DNA of 36,248 nucleotides from a virus: IMG/VR virus record IMGVR_UViG_3300045988_150173, positions 1 to 36,248 of that record; one strand, 5' to 3'. Shown piece by piece: positions 32,199 to 36,248 of this stretch (position 1 is its first letter; each line of letters starts with the position of its first letter). The notes under the pieces were generated by a model. It saw only the letters and a program-made list of their open reading frames with translations, ran no database searches and was not told where the DNA came from. The position numbers and the translations under genes were made by a program.

Positions 32199-32684
32199 CT
32201 AACTGATAACGGTTTTCCGGTTCGGCACTAGCTTAGCTGCCGGCACTTCCTGTCCAGCCTTCAAAGCAGTGTAAATGGCTTTCTTATCAGGCCGGCTGAT
32301 GGTCTTAGTTTCCGTATGGACAAATGTCATTGGGAGCTTGTCAGGGTCACCGATTACCACTGACGCCTTATAGTTTCGTGGCTTCAAGATGTGGTTAGCC
32401 GTCCGGGCTTCCTTATAGCCAGCGTCATCAATGGAATCAGTCAGGTAAGTCATTAAGTTCTTGGACTGGTTTTCCAGGTACTTCTTCTTGTCTTGAAGTT
32501 CCTTAATCCTCTTGGTAATCCATTCTTCGGTGGCATTATTCCGATCAATCCAAGTGGCAATGTTGTCCCACTTGACTTCACGGGTATCTTGAATGGCATC
32601 TAGCGAGTCAGCCAGCACCGTTGGGTCTAGGTCGTCCCGGTCTTGCAGAGCCCGGAACGAGTCGTTCAATTCAAATAGATTCAT
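32199..32684 (-). CDS. Siphovirus Gp157-like protein
   Basis: 161 aa. MNLFELNDSFRALQD...DSLDAIQD...KELQDKKKYLENQSKNLMTYL matches the Gp157 family pattern as I recall it. Confidence 0.65.
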   Translation of the reverse strand: MNLFELNDSFRALQDRDDLDPTVLADSLDAIQDTREVKWDNIATWIDRNNATEEWITKRIKELQDKKKYLENQSKNLMTYLTDSIDDAGYKEARTANHILKPRNYKASVVIGDPDKLPMTFVHTETKTISRPDKKAIYTALKAGQEVPAAKLVPNRKTVIS

Positions 32685-32886
32685 TATTTACAACCTCCTT
32701 TAGTTCATCGGCTAAATCGTACTTAGTAACAATTTCATACAGCACCTTGGGCAACATTTCGGGAGTGTGCCCCAGTGCGGCCACAATCATGCGGACTTGG
32801 GTGTCAACGTCCCCCCCTTGGTAACAGCGGAACTGCTCAGTGTTATCTTTGATGGTTGCAACAGAAAAATGTGCTTGTTTAATCAT
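32671..32886 (-). CDS. Hypothetical protein (71 aa)
   Basis: The ATG at 32886 overlaps the upstream stop (ATGATTAA): MIKQAHFSVATIKDNTEQFRCYQGG... Confidence 0.5.
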   Translation of the reverse strand: MIKQAHFSVATIKDNTEQFRCYQGGDVDTQVRMIVAALGHTPEMLPKVLYEIVTKYDLADELKEVVNNESI

Positions 32887-33145
32887 GGTTAAGCATCTCG
32901 TCGAACATGCTGAATAACACGTCTTTAATTGGGTCTGTTTTGATTTTGCCCTTGTCAAAGGACATCTTGAGTAAACTAGCTGCTCCTGGCTGATCATCTA
33001 GGTAGTTTTTAATTAAAGCGGCGGCAATCCCTTCATCAGCGACTTTGCTGACTTGTGTCGGGTGTTCCTCTTCATCGAGGTACAGCACCAGAAACTGGTC
33101 AATGCCATGTTTCTGAATTTTCTGGATAATCTTTTCTTTATTCAT
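32879..33145 (-). CDS. Hypothetical protein (88 aa)
   Basis: ORF with a GAGGAGG RBS (33160-33154). Confidence 0.55.
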   Translation of the reverse strand: MNKEKIIQKIQKHGIDQFLVLYLDEEEHPTQVSKVADEGIAAALIKNYLDDQPGAASLLKMSFDKGKIKTDPIKDVLFSMFDEMLNHD

Positions 33146-33161
33146 TTTGAAAACCTCCTCG

Positions 33162-33170
33162 TGGTATAAT
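33162..33170 (+). promoter_or_regulatory. Extended -10 promoter TGgTATAAT on the plus strand
   Basis: A perfect TATAAT (33165-33170) is preceded by TGn. It faces away from the minus-strand RBS next to it. Confidence 0.55.
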
Positions 33171-33176
33171 CGAGGA

Positions 33177-33245
33177 AACGAATAGTTGTGTGAATTTAAT
33201 TCGTTTCCGAGGCGTCGACAGTGTCATTGTCGGCGTCTTTTTTTT
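33177..33245 (+). ncRNA. Candidate antisense small RNA (about 70 nt) with two stem-loops and a T8 terminator
   Basis: Hairpin 1 pairs GGAAACGAAT (33174-33183) with ATTCGTTTCC (33199-33208). Hairpin 2 has a 10-bp stem (33211-33220 with 33228-33237), followed by TTTTTTTT at 33238-33245. No ORF is present, and the surrounding genes are on the opposite strand. Confidence 0.5.
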
Positions 33246-33388
33246 GCGTCTGTATACATTGACTGCGGTGCGTACCGTAGCAGCAGCACCAGTAGCACCA
33301 TTGCTAAGAACAGTCCTGCGTTAAACATTCCGTAGAAGAAGCTAATCGTCATTGCGACGGACACGGTTGCTGTGAGTGCGTGGCTCAT
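33224..33388 (-). CDS. Hydrophobic peptide with a basic tail (54 aa): type I toxin-like or holin-like
   Basis: Hand-translated as MSHALTATVSVAMTISFFYGMFNAGLFLAMVLLVLLLRYAPQSMYTDAKKRRRQ. It has a TGATGA overlap with the upstream peptide. Its 3' 22 nt are antisense to the candidate sRNA. Confidence 0.45.
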   Translation of the reverse strand: MSHALTATVSVAMTISFFYGMFNAGLFLAMVLLVLLLRYAPQSMYTDAKKRRRQ

Positions 33389-33492
33389 CAGTTATCATCT
33401 CCCTTCTTTTCAAAAATCAGACTGTAAATTACGGCTCCTAGCAGGACTACTGTAATGACCAGTGCCGGCCAGGCAAATGCTAAGCTGTCCAT
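33388..33492 (-). CDS. Small single-TM peptide (34 aa)
   Basis: Hand-translated as MDSLAFAWPALVITVVLLGAVIYSLIFEKKGDDN. A GGAGGTG RBS lies 6 nt upstream. Confidence 0.45.
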   Translation of the reverse strand: MDSLAFAWPALVITVVLLGAVIYSLIFEKKGDDN

Positions 33493-33504
33493 AATGCTCA
33501 CCTC

Positions 33505-33861
33505 CTAGGGCAACGGTTGGTTCCAATCGATTTCAGCTTCGTGTTCATCAAACCATTTCGAAGCTGGTAAGTAATCGATCATGATGTGGTGACCTTTACC
33601 AGCATTCAGCCCATGAACACCTGGCATCTTCGGCAGTAGATACGTTCGGCACCAGACCAGCGACTTCTTAATGCCGTGCTCAGCTTTGAACTGCGGCAAG
33701 CTAATCTGCCGAACCGGCTGACGCTTGGGCACCAAGTCGTAGTCTTCTTTAATCAGGTCAAGCACCTTGTCAGCAATAACTTGGTAATCCTGTTCATCTA
33801 ACAGTGCTTGCATAGCTATCAGCTCCTCTCTGGTAAAATAATCAATGAAAGGTTGTGACAA
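33505..33861 (-). CDS. DUF771-like protein (possible excisionase/DNA-binding early protein)
   Basis: ISLPQFKAEHGIKKSLVWCRTYLLPKMPGVHGL...GHHIMIDYLPASKWFDEH resembles DUF771. The probable true start is ATG 33813, after a GAGAGGAGC RBS (MQALLDEQ...). Confidence 0.45.
   Translation of the reverse strand: MSQPFIDYFTREELIAMQALLDEQDYQVIADKVLDLIKEDYDLVPKRQPVRQISLPQFKAEHGIKKSLVWCRTYLLPKMPGVHGLNAGKGHHIMIDYLPASKWFDEHEAEIDWNQPLP
33831..33839 (+). promoter_or_regulatory. Extended -10 promoter TGgTAAAAT on the plus strand, upstream of the membrane-protein moron
   Basis: TGn plus TAAAAT lies 26 nt upstream of the 33865 ATG. It overlaps the RBS region of the divergent minus-strand DUF771 gene. Confidence 0.45.
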
Positions 33862-33864
33862 ATT

Positions 33865-34293
33865 ATGATAAGTTTTGAAACCCTCATCTCTCTAATTGCC
33901 TTAGTAGTGGCAATTGCCAGTTTCCTCTACACATGGCATTTCAACCGATACTCTATTACAGTCGATTCACGATACAAAGATGTCATCGAAGGGCAACTAT
34001 ATTATTCATTTGTCGTTAATAACACATCCGGCCGAAGCCTAACTATTAATAACGTTGAACTCTTTAATAAGGATGACCATCTAATAACAGACAATGGATT
34101 CGTGTTCGCCAAAGACGGTGATCTTGAAAGAAACCCAGCCTTTAATAGTGATCCTTTTACAGAATCTTTTGTTTTGATGCCATATAGCGACATTGAATTT
34201 AGCTATTACCTTGATGAAAAACCTAGCAAGATAAAGGTAACCACTGATTATAAAATAAATAGGTTTCATCAGTCACAGACTTTCAATGCTTAG
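33865..34293 (+). CDS. Membrane-anchored protein (142 aa) on the lysogeny strand: candidate superinfection-exclusion/defence moron
   Basis: It has an N-terminal TM helix (LISLIALVVAIASFLYTW) followed by a beta-rich soluble domain. It is visibly AT-rich and is the only plus-strand ORF inside the minus-strand early operon. Confidence 0.6.
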   Translation: MISFETLISLIALVVAIASFLYTWHFNRYSITVDSRYKDVIEGQLYYSFVVNNTSGRSLTINNVELFNKDDHLITDNGFVFAKDGDLERNPAFNSDPFTESFVLMPYSDIEFSYYLDEKPSKIKVTTDYKINRFHQSQTFNA

Positions 34294-34440
34294 ACAGATA
34301 AACAAGGCTTATTAACGTTGCAAGATTAAATATCAAAGATAAGATCAGCAGAACGTTAGTCATTCAACCTCAGCTCCTTATTTGTCTTGAGTTGCTTGTA
34401 GTTCATGTATTCCGGCATATAAACTTTCTTGTTGATAAGT

Positions 34441-34680
34441 CTATTTTTCGCTAAAAGCGTTATTAGGACCAAAAAAAATATAATCTAATGGTACATCATA
34501 TAGATTGGAAATACGGAGCATATCCTTATAGGGAAGTATACTAGAATCATTTTCCCATTTTCTAAGAGTGGCTCCTGAAATGCCAAGTTTATTGGCAGCA
34601 TCCATTTGAGATAGTCCAGCACGTACTCGCAAATCAAGAATTGAATGTTTAACTTTCATTGGTACTAATTCATTCGTCAT
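34441..34680 (-). CDS. Cro-like XRE HTH protein (first lytic-direction gene)
   Basis: 79 aa from ATG 34680, after a GAAAGGAGGTG RBS. The HTH is RAGLSQMDAANKLGISGATLRKWEND. It is divergent from the cI-like gene. Confidence 0.8.
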   Translation of the reverse strand: MTNELVPMKVKHSILDLRVRAGLSQMDAANKLGISGATLRKWENDSSILPYKDMLRISNLYDVPLDYIFFGPNNAFSEK

Positions 34681-34712
34681 TATCGCACCTCCTTTCAACA
34701 GTTAATACTTTA

Positions 34713-34792
34713 TCACGCTTTTAGCGAAAATGCAAAATATTTTTCTCAAAAAGCGTAATTATTTTCCCAAAAAGCGTAATTGATGCTATAAT
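34713..34792. promoter_or_regulatory. Genetic switch: divergent promoters and three operator-like repeats
   Basis: CAAAAAGCGTAATT occurs at 34747-34760 and 34768-34781, 21 bp apart. An inverted partial copy, ACGCTTTTAG, lies at 34715-34724. The plus-strand extended -10 is TGcTATAAT (34784-34792). On the minus strand, TTGCAT-17 nt-TAAAGT is a candidate promoter. Confidence 0.65.
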
Positions 34793-34816
34793 ATAGCCAT
34801 TGAGAGGTGAACTCCT

Positions 34817-35170
34817 ATGGAGGGAATTACTGAAATTTTCGCCAAGAATCTAAATCATTTAATGAAAAAACATGGCGAGAATCTTTCTGAACTATCTGAT
34901 CACATCAACGTAGCCTATTCAACTGTTTCTGATTGGCAGCATGGTAAAAAAATGCCTCGCTCAGGCTCATTACAAAAACTAGCTGACCATTACAACGTAA
35001 ACATCTCCTATTTGACTAGTGAACATTTGCATACTAATAGTAGTGATAGTTTTTCTGTTGATGAGGCCGTAGATAGGTTACGCTCGTATCAAGGCAAGCC
35101 TGTTAGTGATGACCAAAAAGCAGTTCTCAAAGATTTAATTAAGGGTTATCTTGATAGAAATAATAAGTAA
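34817..35170 (+). CDS. cI-like XRE-family repressor
   Basis: 117 aa. The HTH is GENLSELSDHINVAYSTVSDWQHGKKMP. It is divergent from cro and followed by ImmA. Confidence 0.85.
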   Translation: MEGITEIFAKNLNHLMKKHGENLSELSDHINVAYSTVSDWQHGKKMPRSGSLQKLADHYNVNISYLTSEHLHTNSSDSFSVDEAVDRLRSYQGKPVSDDQKAVLKDLIKGYLDRNNK

Positions 35171-35184
35171 GTAAGGTAATTTAT

Positions 35185-35586
35185 ATGGATGATTTAATTA
35201 CATGGTTAGTAAAATACGCGTGGAGTCATAAAATTGGATTGATAATGACTCATCTTTTATCACCTAACACTCCTTCTCAAAGTGATGGTGATAATAAGCT
35301 CGCTATTATTAATATGGAGTGGAAAAATCATAACGAAATACCTTTTAGCTTTGCTCACGAATTAGGCCATATTTTATGTGGTCACTCAGGCATCAATAAA
35401 TATTCAATTGCCACTGTAGGAATCCAGGAAGAAAACGAAGCTAATAGCGCGGCAATTAGTATTCTTTTAGAATATTGTCGGCAAAATGATATTAAGGTAA
35501 ATAATTCTGTTTCTTTCTGTGAACAATTTGGCATTCCTTTTAAATTTGAATACTTAGTCGCTTTAAAATTAAAAGAAATAATTTAG
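35185..35586 (+). CDS. ImmA/IrrE-family zinc metalloprotease (anti-repressor protease)
   Basis: 133 aa with the HEXXH motif (FAHELGHILCGH). It lies immediately downstream of the repressor, as in ImmR/ImmA pairs. Confidence 0.8.
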   Translation: MDDLITWLVKYAWSHKIGLIMTHLLSPNTPSQSDGDNKLAIINMEWKNHNEIPFSFAHELGHILCGHSGINKYSIATVGIQEENEANSAAISILLEYCRQNDIKVNNSVSFCEQFGIPFKFEYLVALKLKEII

Positions 35587-35656
35587 ATTTCTGTCCAAAC
35601 ACTGAAGACGTTAAAAGCTGACAAAAAAGCAGTGAGCCTTGAGAGGGGGTAATATA

Positions 35657-36067
35657 ATGGCTAAAATCTATTGTTCACGTTGTAATAGAAAAACTAATAT
35701 GTTTAGCCGAATCAAATTTGAAGACGGCTTCTTGTGTGGAAACTGCCTCAAACATTATAACTTAACAGACACTGTTGGCTTGCGTTCATGGGCTAAGCAC
35801 CATTCATGGGAAAATGCAGGGGATTACCACCAAGTAGAAGAAGGTATGCAACAAGCTATGGCTGAGGTTAAAAAGCCACACTGCCCTAATTGCCATAGTA
35901 CTAACATTCAGCCATTAGGCCAGCATCGCAAGGGCTTCTCAGTTGGTAAAGCTGTCGGTGGTGCTGTTCTTACTGGTGGTGTCGGTACCTTAGCTGGTTT
36001 TGCTGGTAAGAATACTAAAAAAACGACTTTTGTCTGCATGGATTGTGGCAAGCAATTTATTAGATAG
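35657..36067 (+). CDS. Double Zn-ribbon protein with a glycine-zipper hydrophobic segment
   Basis: 136 aa from ATG 35657, after a GAGAGGGGG RBS. It contains CSRC...CGNC (DUF4428-like) and CPNC...CMDC, which flank GKAVGGAVLTGGVGTLAGFAG. Confidence 0.65.
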   Translation: MAKIYCSRCNRKTNMFSRIKFEDGFLCGNCLKHYNLTDTVGLRSWAKHHSWENAGDYHQVEEGMQQAMAEVKKPHCPNCHSTNIQPLGQHRKGFSVGKAVGGAVLTGGVGTLAGFAGKNTKKTTFVCMDCGKQFIR

Positions 36068-36105
36068 CAAAAAAGCCCCCAGACAGCTGCAACTGTCCAG
36101 GGACC

Positions 36106-36141
36106 AGGGTTGATAAAGTATTGGCGTACGGTATCAACCCT
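36106..36141. repeat. 10-bp perfect inverted repeat AGGGTTGATA / TATCAACCCT upstream of int
   Basis: Read directly, with a 16-nt spacer. The right arm lies in the duplicated terminal segment (equal to positions 3-12). Confidence 0.8.
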
Positions 36142-36248
36142 TTCATTATATCAAATTAAATAATGGAGGGACAATTATGGCAACATATTTCAAGCGTGGT
36201 AAAAAGTGGTCAGTCAAGGTTCGTTGGTACGACAACGAAGGAAAACGA
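36130..36248. repeat. Terminal direct repeat, right copy (identical to 1..119)
   Basis: Exact 119-nt identity with the window start. It ends in mid-codon of the duplicated integrase 5' end. Confidence 0.95.

Noticed and set aside
33147-33152. TTGAAA as the -35 for the plus-strand sRNA promoter
   Set aside because: The spacing to the TATAAT is only 12 nt. The promoter call therefore rests on the TGn-extended -10 alone.

Overview
The window is a complete, circularly closed temperate siphovirus (prophage-type) genome of about 36.13 kb. Bases 1-119 are identical to 36130-36248, so the unique unit is 36129 bp and the integrase gene is split only by the way the circle was linearised. A Lactobacillaceae-like Firmicute host is an inference from the AGGAGG-type RBSs and the gene families recognised by motif: GH25 lysin, ArpU, DUF771, Gp157, BppU and XkdX.

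Layout:
- Plus strand, lysogeny genes: cI-like XRE repressor, ImmA/IrrE metalloprotease, a Zn-ribbon/glycine-zipper protein and a tyrosine integrase. One orphan membrane-protein gene (33865-34293) also sits on this strand.
- Minus strand, one long lytic transcription direction: cro-like HTH, then DUF771 and small peptides.
- Replication/recombination module: Gp157, an orphan gene, AAA_24/Sak4-like ATPase, DUF669, SF2 helicase, prim-pol/AAA_25 primase-helicase, an iteron-rich origin and an HTH-RusA fusion.
- About 15 small accessory ORFs, then an ArpU-like late regulator.
- Packaging and head: terS, terL, portal, minor head protein, scaffold, major capsid and connectors.
- Tail: major tail protein, tail chaperone with the conserved -1 frameshift, tape measure, Dit, Tal with an M23 domain, BppU, fibre-like proteins and XkdX.
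- Lysis: holin and GH25 endolysin, followed by a candidate attP.

I found no rRNA, complete tRNA, CRISPR array or transposase.

Most interesting observations:
1. An ORF-less plus-strand unit (extended -10 promoter, two hairpins, T8 terminator). It is convergent with a 54-aa hydrophobic peptide ORF inside the early operon, resembling a type I TA or lambda OOP.
2. A plus-strand, AT-rich membrane-protein moron embedded antisense in the same operon.
3. A probable -1 programmed frameshift at the last two codons of the capsid gene, which would add a start-less HeH-like domain.
4. An HTH-RusA fusion.
5. A frame-disrupted endolysin 3' end.
6. An in-frame amber codon in a small gene.
7. An intrinsic terminator directly in front of terS.

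All family names come from motif recognition by eye, not from database searches.
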